From: Barthelona sp. PAP020
Lineage: Eukaryota
DNA length: 47,964 nucleotides
Direction: 5' to 3'
NCBI GenBank assembly: GCA_040182905.1
Contig: JARQWU010000049.1
Location: forward strand, 1 to 47,964
Shown: piece by piece, positions 1-10,591 of the stretch
Position numbering within the stretch: position 1 is the stretch's first letter
Layout: every line of letters starts with the position of its first letter
The notes under the pieces: model-generated
Databases searched by the model: none
The model's input: only the letters and a program-made list of their open reading frames with translations
What the model was told of the DNA's origin: nothing
Program-made: the position numbers and the translations under genes

Positions 1-195
1 ACGACCAACAGCAACGGCAGCTGTTTGTTGAATTGTTGCAACAGGATCTTGTAAAAATGGTTTCACTATATTCATCACATCAGCCTCGATAAGAGGTTCA
101 ACATTTTGAGGTCTTGAAGCTAACTCAGCAACAGTCTGAATAAACGTATTTCTAGCGTTTTGATAAGTTGTGAACGGTTTTAAAATGTTACTCAT
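1..195 (-). CDS. SPAG6: Sperm-associated antigen 6 / PF16 central-pair armadillo protein (5' part, runs off the window start)
   Basis: Not in the ORF track. Manual translation from ATG at 195 gives MSNILKPFTTYQNARNTFIQTVAELASRPQNVEPLIEADVMNIVKPFLQDPVATIQQTAAVAVGR, which matches the SPAG6/PF16 N-terminus (YQKARTQFVQMVAELATRPQN...PTIQQTAALALGR). Confidence 0.93.
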   Translation of the reverse strand, partial: MSNILKPFTTYQNARNTFIQTVAELASRPQNVEPLIEADVMNIVKPFLQDPVATIQQTAAVAVGR

Positions 196-298
196 GTTGT
201 CAAAAGAAAAAAAATTTGAATTCTTCCAATCTATAAAATGATCATACCCCTTTTTTCAATTGATTTTGAAAATGTTTTGAGGTTGAAATATTTATTTT

Positions 299-1444
299 AT
301 GAATCATCAAGAGGAATTAAAAGGTATTGTTAAGGATTTAACAGCTTTTTCTCCTTCAATTAGTTTCCAAAATGAAACATCTCAATTAAACAGACATTCT
401 GAATATAATATATCTAAATATGATTATTTTAGAGATGTTTCAAAGAATTCTCGTTTTGAAAAATATATTTTTCATCGTGAAGAGTTGTTGGAATTGTTGT
501 CAGAATTAAAATCTGAAAAACAGAATGTTGATATTTTATTGAAGGAAATTGAAGAAAAAGCTCCTTTGGTTAAGAAAGTCTCCAAATTAGTTGAAAAATA
601 TTCAAGAGGTCAAAGAATACCCAACAAAGGATTTCATTCTCATCTTCTTCAAAGAAAAGTTTCAAGTGTGCGTAATAGAAGTGTTAAACCTTTGACTAAG
701 CATGATAATGTCATCAAAGAAAAGAAAAAGGAATCTAATTCCATCTGGAAAAAGACTGAACAATATTGGTCTCCTTTCAATGTTCAAAATACCTTTCTTG
801 AAACAACTAATAATATAAAAGAATTAAATGGTGTACCAACCATTTGGCCTGAATACAGGAAAGATTTATTGAAAGAATTATCTAAATTTGAAAAACAATT
901 GAATCAAATGAGAGTCCAGCTTTCTAAAGAGATTTCTGATGGTATTCAATTTGAAGAAGAATTGAATGATCAACTTAACAATCAAATTTCTTACCTCTCA
1001 GAATATAAAAAGTCAAAAAAAGATGTAGAATTGTTGTATTTGGAACATTTGGAAAACAAAAAGAAAATGGAAGAGAAAAAAAAAAATAAAAACAAAGATT
1101 TACATTTAGAGAAAGCTCCTGCATATATTAGGTCTTTTTATGAACACAGAGATGAAATGATAGAAAAACATGGTTCATTGTATATGTATTTTCCTTGGTT
1201 TGAGATACCATCTGAATTCATTGAGGCACAAAAAAACAACAAAAATTTGAAAAAAGCTCCAAAATTGAAAGACTTGGAGGATGATTTAAAATTTGAAGAA
1301 CCAATCAAACAAACCAAATCTTTCAGAAATGCAAAACACGCTGGAAAAAATAGAATTGGAAAAACTAAACTCTCAAAATCAGTTAAATATAAAAAATCAA
1401 AATCAAATCAAAGAAGAACACTAAAAATTGAGGAAATTTCATAG
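299..1444 (+). CDS. Hypothetical Lys/Glu-rich coiled-coil protein (381 aa)
   Basis: Long ORF in AT-rich DNA with heptad-like E/K/L/Q runs and a basic C-terminus; no family recognised. Confidence 0.7.
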   Translation: MNHQEELKGIVKDLTAFSPSISFQNETSQLNRHSEYNISKYDYFRDVSKNSRFEKYIFHREELLELLSELKSEKQNVDILLKEIEEKAPLVKKVSKLVEKYSRGQRIPNKGFHSHLLQRKVSSVRNRSVKPLTKHDNVIKEKKKESNSIWKKTEQYWSPFNVQNTFLETTNNIKELNGVPTIWPEYRKDLLKELSKFEKQLNQMRVQLSKEISDGIQFEEELNDQLNNQISYLSEYKKSKKDVELLYLEHLENKKKMEEKKKNKNKDLHLEKAPAYIRSFYEHRDEMIEKHGSLYMYFPWFEIPSEFIEAQKNNKNLKKAPKLKDLEDDLKFEEPIKQTKSFRNAKHAGKNRIGKTKLSKSVKYKKSKSNQRRTLKIEEIS

Positions 1445-1954
1445 ATTTGTTTTTGTCTCACTTGTAATTAGTAAATTGTATATGAATTTGAATGTTTTTT
1501 CATTTGTATCAGTAGATTGAAGAATAGTCATGTTAGAATGTCTGTTGCGATAACTATTAATTAATTCTTCATGAAAGGGCACAATATGGTTGTTAAAAAA
1601 ATCAGGAGGATCAACAAATCCATCATATGTTCTTTCCAATCTTCGTTTTTTTGCAATATTATAATCAATATCCAAATAGAAGAATAAGTCAAAACTAATG
1701 TCACAAGACATCAGTAAATGACCCTCAACAATGGTAATTCTATGGGTTTCCATCGAACATTTGATCTCTTTAATCAAAGAATTCCATTTTATACTTTCTG
1801 GTATGTCAAAATTGCCTACTTCTTTTGAAGATAAAAAATAATCATCCTGATGTATTATTTTATGGCAAATATGTCTCTCAGTTAACAATTGAGACAATCT
1901 CTTTGCAAAAAAAGTTTTTCCACAACATGAAATTCCCGTCACTCCAATTATCAT
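1439..1954 (-). CDS. NRK1: Nicotinamide riboside kinase (NRK/uridine kinase-like P-loop kinase)
   Basis: IIGVTGISCCGKT Walker A, IIHQDDYF, IVEGHLL, KKRRLERTY...DPPDFFNNHIVP match the NRK pattern (SQDDFF, IIEGFLL, KRRRSTRVY..PD.PGYF..HVWP). Confidence 0.85.
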   Translation of the reverse strand: MIIGVTGISCCGKTFFAKRLSQLLTERHICHKIIHQDDYFLSSKEVGNFDIPESIKWNSLIKEIKCSMETHRITIVEGHLLMSCDISFDLFFYLDIDYNIAKKRRLERTYDGFVDPPDFFNNHIVPFHEELINSYRNRHSNMTILQSTDTNEKTFKFIYNLLITSETKTNL

Positions 1955-2401
1955 GGCTCGAATTTAAATTTCCTTTAATTTAACAAAAATTTTAAAAAAA
2001 ACAAAAATCAATATAATAAAAAAAACTTCAACAAAGTGTGATACCTATGAGTAATCCATCAAATAACTTCCCAAAAATCTATTCATAAAGCGAATGAACC
2101 AAATATTTCCAAAATTGATGGAAAAATATTTGCAATGAAAAAGGAAAGGTGGAGGATTTTTTGGAATATTTTAAACCATTCCAAAAAAAACGATCAAACT
2201 CTTTTTATTTTTAAAAAATTACAATTGCATATTGTCAAAATAAATTTATAATTGATCCACATCTCAAAAAATTGATGAAAATAGGTTGGAATTGAATGGA
2301 AAAAAAAAGTTCAAGGGAGAATAGGAGATCATTAAAATTGCATGTGATTACAAATGAAATCGTTTTCAATCAAATTCTTAATATCATTTTTTTGTTAAAC
2401 A

Positions 2402-4597
2402 ATGGTTGAAATTAACGTACAAAAATTCATTCTTGACAATCGTATTCCCTACGAAGGTGATACCAATTTCCTTGCTGGACCTACTGAAGCCACAACTAAG
2501 CTTTGGGATCAAGCTCAAGCTTTGATGGTTGAAGAACTTAAAGCTGGTATCCTTGATTGTGATTGTGCTACTCCTTCTGGTGTTGATGCTTTCAAGCCCG
2601 GTTATTTAAACAAGGACCTTGAAACCATTGTTGGTTTCCAAGCTGATGCTCCTCTTAAGCGTACTATTAAGCTTAAAGGTGGTGTTCGTGTTACAAACGC
2701 TGCTCTTAATGCTTATGGTTATACTATGGATGAACAAATTCAGGATTTCTTCACTAAGTATGTCGATACCCATAATGATGGTGTTTTCGCTTGTTATACT
2801 CCTCTTATGCGTCAAATGCGTCGTACTGGTATTGTCACTGGTCTTCCCGATGGTTATGGACGTGGTCGTATCATTGGTGATTATCGTCGTGTTGCTTTAT
2901 ATGGTATTGATGCTCTTATTGAAGCTAAGAAACAAGACAAGCTTAACGTTACTGATTTTACTGTTGAATCTAACATTCGTCTTGTTGGTGAAATTACCAA
3001 GCAAATTCAAGCTTTGGGTGAAATGAAGCTTATGGGTGAAACTTATGGTTTAGATATGGGACGTCCCGCTCAAAATGCTCAAGAAGCTATTCAATACACA
3101 TATATGGGTTATCTCGCCGCCGTTAAGGATCAAGATGGTGCTGCCATGTCTTTCGGACGTGTTGATAACTTCTTTGATATTTATATTGAAAAGGATTTGA
3201 AGGAAGGAAAGATTACTGAAGAACAAGCTCAAGAATATCTTGATCACTTCGTTATGAAGCTTCGTATGATTCGTCATCTTCGTACTCCTGAATATAACGA
3301 TCTTTTCGCTGGAGATCCCACATGGGTCACTCTTGTTATTGGTGGTTCTGACTTGGAAGGAAAGCATATGGTTTGTAAGACTTCTTATCGTCTTCTTCAC
3401 ACTTTATACAATCTTGGACCTGCTCCTGAACCAAATATTACCATTCTTTGGGATGATGCTCTTCCTTTAGAATTCAGAAAGTTCTGTGCTCGTGTTTCTA
3501 TCCGCACTTCTTCTATTCAATATGAAAACGACAAGCTCATGAGACCCATTTATGGTTGCGATTATGGTATTGCTTGTTGTGTCTCTGCCATGCAACTTGG
3601 TAAGCAAATGCAATTCTTCGGTGCTCGTTGTAATCTTGCCAAGCTTCTCCTTTATGTTTGGAATCAAGGTCGCGATGAAGTCAAGGGATATCAAGTTGGT
3701 CCTGATTTTGGTCCTATTTCCAAGGGTGTTGCTGATTATCAAGAAGTTTGGGACAAGTACATGTTATATATGGAATGGTTAATGGAACAATACGTCAACA
3801 TTATGAACATTATTCACTTCTGTCATGATAGATATGCTTATGAAGCCATTCAAATGGCCATGCATGATTCTGACGTTCATCGTTTCATGGCTTTTGGTAT
3901 TGCTGGTCTTTCTGTTGTTGCTGATTCCTTCTCTGCCATTAAATACGCCAAGGTTACTCCTGTTTTCAATGAAGATGGTCTTACCACTGACTTCAAGATT
4001 GAAGGAGAATTCCCTATGTATGGTAATGATGATGATCGTGTTGATTCTATTGCCAAAGAACTTGTTCATCAAACCATCACCATGCTCCGTAAGCACAAGA
4101 CTTATCGCGACTCTGAACACACTCTTTCCATTCTTACCATCACATCTAACATTGTTTATGGTCGTAAGACTGGTTCTACTCCTGATGGACGTAAATTTGG
4201 AGAACCTTTCGCTCCTGGTGCTAACCCCATGCACGGTCGTGATCACTCTGGTGCCGTTGCATCTCTTAACTCTGTTGCCAAGATTTCTTATGATGATGCT
4301 CGTGATGGTGTTTCTAACACTTTCTCCATCACTCCTTCTGCCCTTGGTAAGGATGAAGAATCTCGTGTTGAAAACTTAGTCAGTTTAATTGACGGTTATT
4401 TCCTTGGTGGAGATCTTGCTTTCCATATCAACGTCAATGTTCTTCAAAGAGATATTCTTTTAGATTGTATGGAACATCCTGAAAAGTATCCCAACTTAAC
4501 TATTCGTGTTTCTGGTTATGCTGTCAAATTTAATCGTCTTACTCGTGCTCAACAAGAAGACGTTATTAACCGTACCATGCATGGTTACATTGCATAA
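2402..4597 (+). CDS. pflB: Pyruvate formate-lyase (formate C-acetyltransferase), glycyl-radical enzyme
   Basis: [22 protein letters not shown], active-site Cys-Cys GIACCVSAM, glycyl-radical loop [25 protein letters not shown]. Codon bias (CGT, AAG, TTC, GCT) suggests high expression. Confidence 0.98.
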   Translation: MVEINVQKFILDNRIPYEGDTNFLAGPTEATTKLWDQAQALMVEELKAGILDCDCATPSGVDAFKPGYLNKDLETIVGFQADAPLKRTIKLKGGVRVTNAALNAYGYTMDEQIQDFFTKYVDTHNDGVFACYTPLMRQMRRTGIVTGLPDGYGRGRIIGDYRRVALYGIDALIEAKKQDKLNVTDFTVESNIRLVGEITKQIQALGEMKLMGETYGLDMGRPAQNAQEAIQYTYMGYLAAVKDQDGAAMSFGRVDNFFDIYIEKDLKEGKITEEQAQEYLDHFVMKLRMIRHLRTPEYNDLFAGDPTWVTLVIGGSDLEGKHMVCKTSYRLLHTLYNLGPAPEPNITILWDDALPLEFRKFCARVSIRTSSIQYENDKLMRPIYGCDYGIACCVSAMQLGKQMQFFGARCNLAKLLLYVWNQGRDEVKGYQVGPDFGPISKGVADYQEVWDKYMLYMEWLMEQYVNIMNIIHFCHDRYAYEAIQMAMHDSDVHRFMAFGIAGLSVVADSFSAIKYAKVTPVFNEDGLTTDFKIEGEFPMYGNDDDRVDSIAKELVHQTITMLRKHKTYRDSEHTLSILTITSNIVYGRKTGSTPDGRKFGEPFAPGANPMHGRDHSGAVASLNSVAKISYDDARDGVSNTFSITPSALGKDEESRVENLVSLIDGYFLGGDLAFHINVNVLQRDILLDCMEHPEKYPNLTIRVSGYAVKFNRLTRAQQEDVINRTMHGYIA

Positions 4598-4824
4598 TAA
4601 TGTTTTGTTTTCGTTTTTTTTTTAAATAAATATAAATGTTTATTCAACTGTTTATTTTTGTCTTCTTTCAAAGGCATTTAAAACTTTTAGTGTTTATTTA
4701 TCAACAAAACAAAAAAGAATATGATCAAAAGAGGAAGTTTCCTTGAAACATTTGGATAATTCTCTTCAAACATATTGAATTTGAAAAAAATAAAAAAAAA
4801 GGCAAAAAAAAACAATTTACAAAA

Positions 4825-5529
4825 CTAACAAACATGAGATGAATTCTGGAAATGAACAGAGTAAATAGGATTAAATTTTTTTTCAATTTGGTTTAATATT
4901 TCCGGCATCATATCAAAAATAGGATTAGAAGGTTTCAATAAAGCTTTAAATTGATAATTCATTATCGATTCTTTCATAAATATATAACTGACTAAGGAAC
5001 TAATGAAAGGAATAATTTGATACGAAATATTCAATCCTGTCAATAAAGACAACCTTAAAGCAAATACTAATTTGTTAAACAATGCAATATCAATGCTACT
5101 ATTTGCAAAGAATGAAACAAGGCAATCATAATGAGAAAAAATTCTTCTTCCCATTATAAAATCGTTTAATTGTTCAAAACATCCAACCATTTCTTCCTTT
5201 GTATATAAATTTTTGCAAAGTAAAACCAGATCATTGAAAGACAGATTCCAACACTTTTTCATTATACAAAGGCTTAAAAGTTGCCATTTGGGTGGAGAAA
5301 TATTATTTTCAGACAAAAATATATCAAAAATAGCATAAATACGATATAATAGTTCAATTGAAACATTGAAATGATCTGCACATTTTTCAATCCAAAGAAA
5401 TAATTTGGCTCTACGTTCTAAAGACTTAATAGTGTGAAAATTTTCAACCAATTGATCAGTATTTAAAGGAAATAATTCACAACATCTATAAACTTCATTA
5501 AAACAAATACTACTGGATAACATTTGCAT
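4825..5529 (-). CDS. Divergent cyclin-like protein (cyclin N-terminal box)
   Basis: RRAKLFLWIEKCADHFNVSIELLYRIYAIFDIFLSENNISPPKWQLLSLCI resembles the cyclin box (R..L.DW...V...F.L..ETLY.AV...DRFLS......KLQL). Confidence 0.65.
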   Translation of the reverse strand: MQMLSSSICFNEVYRCCELFPLNTDQLVENFHTIKSLERRAKLFLWIEKCADHFNVSIELLYRIYAIFDIFLSENNISPPKWQLLSLCIMKKCWNLSFNDLVLLCKNLYTKEEMVGCFEQLNDFIMGRRIFSHYDCLVSFFANSSIDIALFNKLVFALRLSLLTGLNISYQIIPFISSLVSYIFMKESIMNYQFKALLKPSNPIFDMMPEILNQIEKKFNPIYSVHFQNSSHVC

Positions 5530-5870
5530 TTTAAATTATTACTAAATAATAAAATATATTTAGAGGAATATAGAATTGAAAAAAATTTCTAAAAAACTGG
5601 ATTTGATGGATTGATTTGATAACGTTACGATTTTTTTTTTCAATTTGATTGAATCCAATTACTGACATAGCTTTATTTTTGATTAAATTTAACATGGATT
5701 TTTTGGTAAAAAGAAAAAAATATCAATTATTTCCAACAATTCAATCTCCTCAGATCATTTTTTGTTTTTTGTGTATTTATTTTATTTTACATAATGATTT
5801 CTTTCATTGTAAAAAAAAGAACTGAATCAAATATTGTCAAGTACTGTATATTTTCCTTTTTATCATAACT

Positions 5871-6965
5871 ATGAATGAAAACATAGAATTATGTCATGAT
5901 CGAGTACCTGGAAAAGCGTGGATGTCACAACCACCAGATGAGCAAGGAACAGTTCAGTGTATGGCGTGTTCATTTTTTTGTAAAGTTCCCAAAGGAAGAT
6001 TAGGAAGATGTAATGTTCGTTTCAATAATGATGGTAATTTTGAATTATTAGTTTATTCAAAGATTGTTGCTGAGAATATTGACCCCATTGAAAAAAAGCC
6101 ATTGTATCATTTTTATCCGGGAAAAGGGATTTATTCTATTGGAACAATGGGATGTAATTTCAGATGTTCATTTTGTCAAAATTGGTCAATTGCACATGTA
6201 TTAAATGATGCCGATTTAAGACAAGAACAATTTAGAACAGCAAATATTGTTGATATTGAAGAATGTGATTTTGGGTCGCACAAATCCCCTGAAGAGGTTG
6301 TTAGACGAGCTTTAAGAACCGATTGCTCGATGGTAGCCACTACATATAACGAACCTACCATTTTTTTTGAATATATGTATGATATTTTCAGATTAGCAAA
6401 GGAAAGAGATTTGAAAACTGTCATGGTTACGAATGGTTTTATAAGTGAAATCGCTTTAAGGACTTTGAATCCTTATTTGGATGCAATGAATATTGATTTA
6501 AAAGCCTATACAGAAAGTTTTTACAGAAAAACTTGTGGAGCTCATTTGGAACCCGTAAAAGAGACAATACGCTTGGCTTATGAATTGGGTATTCATGTGG
6601 AAATTACAACTTTACTTATTGAAGGACAAAATTCAACTTCGGAAGAAATTGAAGAATTAGTCAAATTTTTGGCAGGCATTTCCCAAGAAATACCTTGGCA
6701 TATAAGTGCTGCACATCCTGACTATAAACAAAAAGATATGAAAAGCACTACAATGAATACTATTCAAAATGCATTTGCCATTGGACAGAAATATGGGCTA
6801 AAGTTTATTTATATTGGTAATATTTTGTCAGAAAATGGCACAGATACTTTCTGTCCAAATTGCGGCAAGAGAGTAATAAACAGAAATTGTTATCGTGTGT
6901 TGAAGCAATGTTTGAATGAAGATCATTGCCCGGATTGTGATTATAAGATTTATGGATGTTTTTAA
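5871..6965 (+). CDS. amrS: AmmeMemoRadiSam-system radical SAM enzyme (AmrS-like; PFL-activase-related, COG1180-type)
   Basis: N-terminal CxxCxxxC...C cluster (CMACSFFC...GRCNVR), the family-typical DPIEKKPLYHFYPG, radical-SAM GCNFRCSFCQNW, TYNEPTIFFEY, VTNGFI, DAMNIDLKAY, PWHISAAHPDY and a C-terminal CPNCG...CPDC ribbon. Confidence 0.9.
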   Translation: MNENIELCHDRVPGKAWMSQPPDEQGTVQCMACSFFCKVPKGRLGRCNVRFNNDGNFELLVYSKIVAENIDPIEKKPLYHFYPGKGIYSIGTMGCNFRCSFCQNWSIAHVLNDADLRQEQFRTANIVDIEECDFGSHKSPEEVVRRALRTDCSMVATTYNEPTIFFEYMYDIFRLAKERDLKTVMVTNGFISEIALRTLNPYLDAMNIDLKAYTESFYRKTCGAHLEPVKETIRLAYELGIHVEITTLLIEGQNSTSEEIEELVKFLAGISQEIPWHISAAHPDYKQKDMKSTTMNTIQNAFAIGQKYGLKFIYIGNILSENGTDTFCPNCGKRVINRNCYRVLKQCLNEDHCPDCDYKIYGCF

Positions 6966-7010
6966 ATGCAAATGTGTAAAATTGAAGTGTAAAGTTTTGT
7001 TGTTACTTTT

Positions 7011-7681
7011 ATGACATGTCAACATCTAAAAGGAAATGAGTTTGATAATTATGATGGTTTAAAAGAAATTATAATATGTTAACAAAGTAAAAGGATAAAG
7101 AATATAGAAACGAATTACCCAATGAAGAAGAAAAGAATTTGCGAATTCAAGAATTAAAGAATTAAACGAGATAAAAGCGAAGTGTCTTGGGATGTTCATC
7201 CCCAAATCATAAAAATTTGCCTTATTTGCAAAACACCAACAATACAATTATATATTTGCCGAAATATGTTTGTTTTTGAGGTGAAATCACACAAATTAAT
7301 GCTTGGTTAAAGGATAAAAAGATAATTTGCTAAATGAAAAGACTTTTTAGATTTTATTGATTTTATGAAAGAATCAAACTATTGAAGTGAAACCATGCAA
7401 GAATAATTTTAAAAGTCTTTTAAAAAATTTTGCAAAAGGAAATTTTTGATGAAGCAGAACATAATTGTGTAAAATTGACATTCAAGTGTAATTTTGCATT
7501 GAATACTACAGAGGATTTGTTTATTAGTCATAATATTCCTCAAAAAAATGTTAGAATTTCAAAGAAATTTGAGGGTTCATTTTTTCATATTCTTCCTTCA
7601 AAAGTTTTCAATAATGAAGCTGTTTTTAATGATTTTATCAATAAACACTGCAAAAATTTTTGTGTGTCAAAGATTTATTAG
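7011..7681 (+). pseudogene. Possible disrupted gene (coding-like fragments in shifting frames)
   Basis: Fragments MTCQHLKGNEFDNYDG..., KDKEYRNELPNEEEKNLRIQEL, ...KICLICKTPTIQLYICRN and the 7430-7681 ORF lie in different frames or are split by stops. I found no clean GT-AG intron solution. Confidence 0.25.
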
Positions 7682-7739
7682 CTTGGCGACCATTCAGATT
7701 AATTAATTAAAAAATATATATTTTTTTTATTGCTAATAT

Positions 7740-8384
7740 CTATGACTTATATTTGCACAAGTATGCAAAAATTAAAATAAAAACCAAAAACAAGATTTTG
7801 TTTCTTTGGTTTTCATGCTGTTTATGTACATTTTTATTTTTTTCCTCTTTATTTTCTTCAATGGTGGATTCTGTTTCATCAGCTTCTACTTGATCAACAA
7901 TCAATTTTTCACCATAAAATAGTTCGTAATTTGTTTTTTCACAGATTGGACAACAAAATCTCAAAGATTCTTTAGCCAAATCTCTTCGTACTTCATCATT
8001 TGTATCAAGTCCACCATGAGAACCTTCCGCTTTTTGTACAAACATTGCTCTTACTGCTGATAACAATGTTCTGACATTCCAAGAAGGTTGCCAATTTTCA
8101 GTGTGGTATGAAGTAACACTTAAACAAATTTTAGTTTCAGTTTTAAATCTTCCTGAAGGAGTAAAGAAAAAAATGTCTGGTGGTTTCATAGGATACGTGG
8201 GCGGAAATGTAATTTTCCCATGGTATAATCCTTCATCGAAAGGTGAATCTGGTGATCCTTTTAGTGTAAAATGCCAATCAAAAATATTATCATTTTCCAC
8301 ATGAATCGTAAAATCTTCTGGTGGATCGTTTTTAAGATTTTTTAATTCATGTCGAAGACGTTTTAGGGTAAGAATATTTGTCAT
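7740..8384 (-). CDS. UBE2J: Tail-anchored ubiquitin-conjugating enzyme E2 J (Ubc6/UBE2J), ERAD
   Basis: KRLRHELKNL, WHFTLKGSPDSPFDEGLYHGKI.FP..YPMKPP, TPSGRFKTETKICLSVTSYHTENWQPSW with the catalytic Cys, and a C-terminal TM helix. Likely start is ATG 8384 (ORF track starts at 8441). Confidence 0.93.
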   Translation of the reverse strand: MTNILTLKRLRHELKNLKNDPPEDFTIHVENDNIFDWHFTLKGSPDSPFDEGLYHGKITFPPTYPMKPPDIFFFTPSGRFKTETKICLSVTSYHTENWQPSWNVRTLLSAVRAMFVQKAEGSHGGLDTNDEVRRDLAKESLRFCCPICEKTNYELFYGEKLIVDQVEADETESTIEENKEEKNKNVHKQHENQRNKILFLVFILIFAYLCKYKS

Positions 8385-8553
8385 ATGAGAAAAAAAATGT
8401 GTTTCAGTGCTTGGAGAAATATAAGCAAAGCAAAATTTCATTTCATTGTCTTTTTTGTTTACATATTACAAATTCTTTTGAAAACATGTGTAAATTGATG
8501 AATATAAAAAATGAAAAAAAAAGAATGAAAACACAGTGATAAAATATACTTTA

Positions 8554-9960
8554 TTATTTAAGAGATCTAATAAATTCAACACATTCCTCAAAAGAACATT
8601 CTCTGTTGACAAATTGAAAATTTAAAATTTGTTTCAATATTTGACCCAAATGTTTGCCAGGTTTAAAACCAAAATCTTTGATCAACATTTTGCCATTAAC
8701 TAAAGGTTTTATCAAATAAGCTTCTGACAATTTTAATCGATGAATATTTTTAACAAATTTATTTGCATCTTCCAAAGATAAAATACCCTTGCAAACACTG
8801 ACTAACAAAGCATTTTCCCATAAATCACCACAATTAACAATCCAATCAGCAATTCTAACAATGTTTACTTCATTCAATTCATTCATACAATCTAGTATTT
8901 CTCTCATTTGTTCCAAAGCATTGACAATGATAAAAACAGATTGATTAATGTCTGTTGAATATTTAAAGGCATTCATTACATAAACAAAACATTTGGGCAA
9001 TGGTTTTTTTGAACTTGGAACTTGTATTAACTCACATGGATTTTCAACAAAAGAATAAATTAACGCCAAAACTGATTTCATTTTTTGAATGTGCTGAAAA
9101 TGCGAATAATTTGTTTCAAAACTTTCAACAGATGCTTTGATGTTTTCTAAATATGGATTGAAATCATAACAAATTTTACCTTCATCAAAAGCGAAGGTTT
9201 CATTAAACATATTAAAAGAAATAAGACTTGATATTCCAAAAACACAATTCCCTTCAAAAATTTCTTGAAATTCAGTACCAACACGTTCTCTGGTAATTTT
9301 TGACATAAACGCTGCATGAACACTGGGATCTTGAGCAGCGTGTAATAATTCGCTGTCATATTTAAAAGAAAATCTGCAAGCAAAACGAATGCCTCTTAAA
9401 ATCCTCAAAGGATCATCCGAAAAAGTAACCATTGGTTGTAAAGGTGTTCGAATAACACCACTCAATAGATCAATCATTCCAAGATTAGTCAAATCCTCAA
9501 TTTTCTTTTGATTGATATTGTAAAATATGGAATTTATCGTAAAATCTCTTCTAAAAGCATCTTCCTCTGGTGTACCAAAATCCATAGAAGTGGGAATCCT
9601 GGAATCATTTGCATATTCTTCAGTTCTTAAATTACAAAAATCAACTTCTAAATCCAATATTCTAATTTTTGCAGTTTCTAAATGCTTAGATTGTTTGGGG
9701 TTATCCTTAATAATACCAATATGTATTTCTTTACCAGCCTTTTTCATATAGTCTTCTAGAATGTACGCAAATTCCTTTCCAGACATGGTATCTAATGCAA
9801 TATCAATATCAAATTTATTAGATACTTCTAATATTTTATCACGTACCCATCCACCAGCAACACGAAAAGTGATATCGAAATTTTTGCTTACATCTAATAA
9901 TAATTCAAATAATTCTTCTTCTTTCGGGTCTAATTCAATATTTTTTAAGTTCGTTAACAT
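8554..9960 (-). CDS. CCA1: tRNA nucleotidyltransferase (class II CCA-adding enzyme)
   Basis: RVAGGWVRDKIL, DIDIALD, NPKQSKHLETA, VDFCNLRTEEY, GTPEEDAFRRDFTINS, DDPLRILRGIRFACRF. Start is probably ATG 9960; an upstream in-frame ATG at 10032 is possible. Confidence 0.93.
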   Translation of the reverse strand: MLTNLKNIELDPKEEELFELLLDVSKNFDITFRVAGGWVRDKILEVSNKFDIDIALDTMSGKEFAYILEDYMKKAGKEIHIGIIKDNPKQSKHLETAKIRILDLEVDFCNLRTEEYANDSRIPTSMDFGTPEEDAFRRDFTINSIFYNINQKKIEDLTNLGMIDLLSGVIRTPLQPMVTFSDDPLRILRGIRFACRFSFKYDSELLHAAQDPSVHAAFMSKITRERVGTEFQEIFEGNCVFGISSLISFNMFNETFAFDEGKICYDFNPYLENIKASVESFETNYSHFQHIQKMKSVLALIYSFVENPCELIQVPSSKKPLPKCFVYVMNAFKYSTDINQSVFIIVNALEQMREILDCMNELNEVNIVRIADWIVNCGDLWENALLVSVCKGILSLEDANKFVKNIHRLKLSEAYLIKPLVNGKMLIKDFGFKPGKHLGQILKQILNFQFVNRECSFEECVEFIRSLK

Positions 9961-10034
9961 AAATCTTAATGTTTTAAAACCAAAATCAGTTATTGAAAGA
10001 TTGTTTTTTTCCTTTATTTTTTTATCATTCAATC

Positions 10035-10460
10035 ATGTTGATTATTCCAGATTTTTCTTCTTTTAAAACGCCAAAGATCCCTAAACCATCAAAACAACTC
10101 ATATTAAGTTTTGTTTTTCTTACCTATTTTATTGTTGTTGCTGGGGTAATATATGATATAGTTGTTGCTCCTCCTGCAGTAGGTACCGAGTATAATGAGA
10201 AGACTAGATCTTATCAACCTGTAACCGTTGTTAAATGGAGATTAAACGGTCAATACATTATTGAGGGAATGACAGCTTCATTTTTTATTTCTATTGTTGG
10301 TTTATCCATTTTAGGATTTCATATTGGTGCCACTGATTCAAATAAAGGGTTATTCGCAAGAAAGGTTTTGATGTCAGTTTCATCCATTGGTTTCACCATC
10401 GGACTATTTGTTGTAATGAGCTTTTTTAGATTAAAAGTTGGCAATTATTTGAAACGCTAA
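10035..10460 (+). CDS. OSTC: Oligosaccharyltransferase subunit OSTC/DC2
   Basis: YFIVVAGVIYDIVVAPPAVG...RLNGQYIIEGMTASFF matches OSTC (GIIYDVIVEPPSVG...RVNGQYIMEGLASSF); three TM segments; first ATG at 10035. Confidence 0.92.
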   Translation: MLIIPDFSSFKTPKIPKPSKQLILSFVFLTYFIVVAGVIYDIVVAPPAVGTEYNEKTRSYQPVTVVKWRLNGQYIIEGMTASFFISIVGLSILGFHIGATDSNKGLFARKVLMSVSSIGFTIGLFVVMSFFRLKVGNYLKR

Positions 10461-10591
10461 TTTTGATTTTTGTATTATAAATGTGATTAAATTTTTTTTG
10501 TTGTTATAACATCTTTTAGTCATATTTTTTGACGTTGGCTATTATTTTAATATTTTTTTAAGGATATTTGAATGAATATATATATATATAG

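Noticed and set aside
2606..4379. Multiple overlapping and antisense ORFs inside PFL
   Set aside because: Shadow ORFs produced by PFL's strong codon bias; no recognisable motifs.
2402..6965. Bacterial contamination or a pfl operon
   Set aside because: The genes are interleaved with clearly eukaryotic ones (SPAG6, cyclin-like, UBE2J), and amrS shares the host's AT richness and 3' TGTAAA motif.
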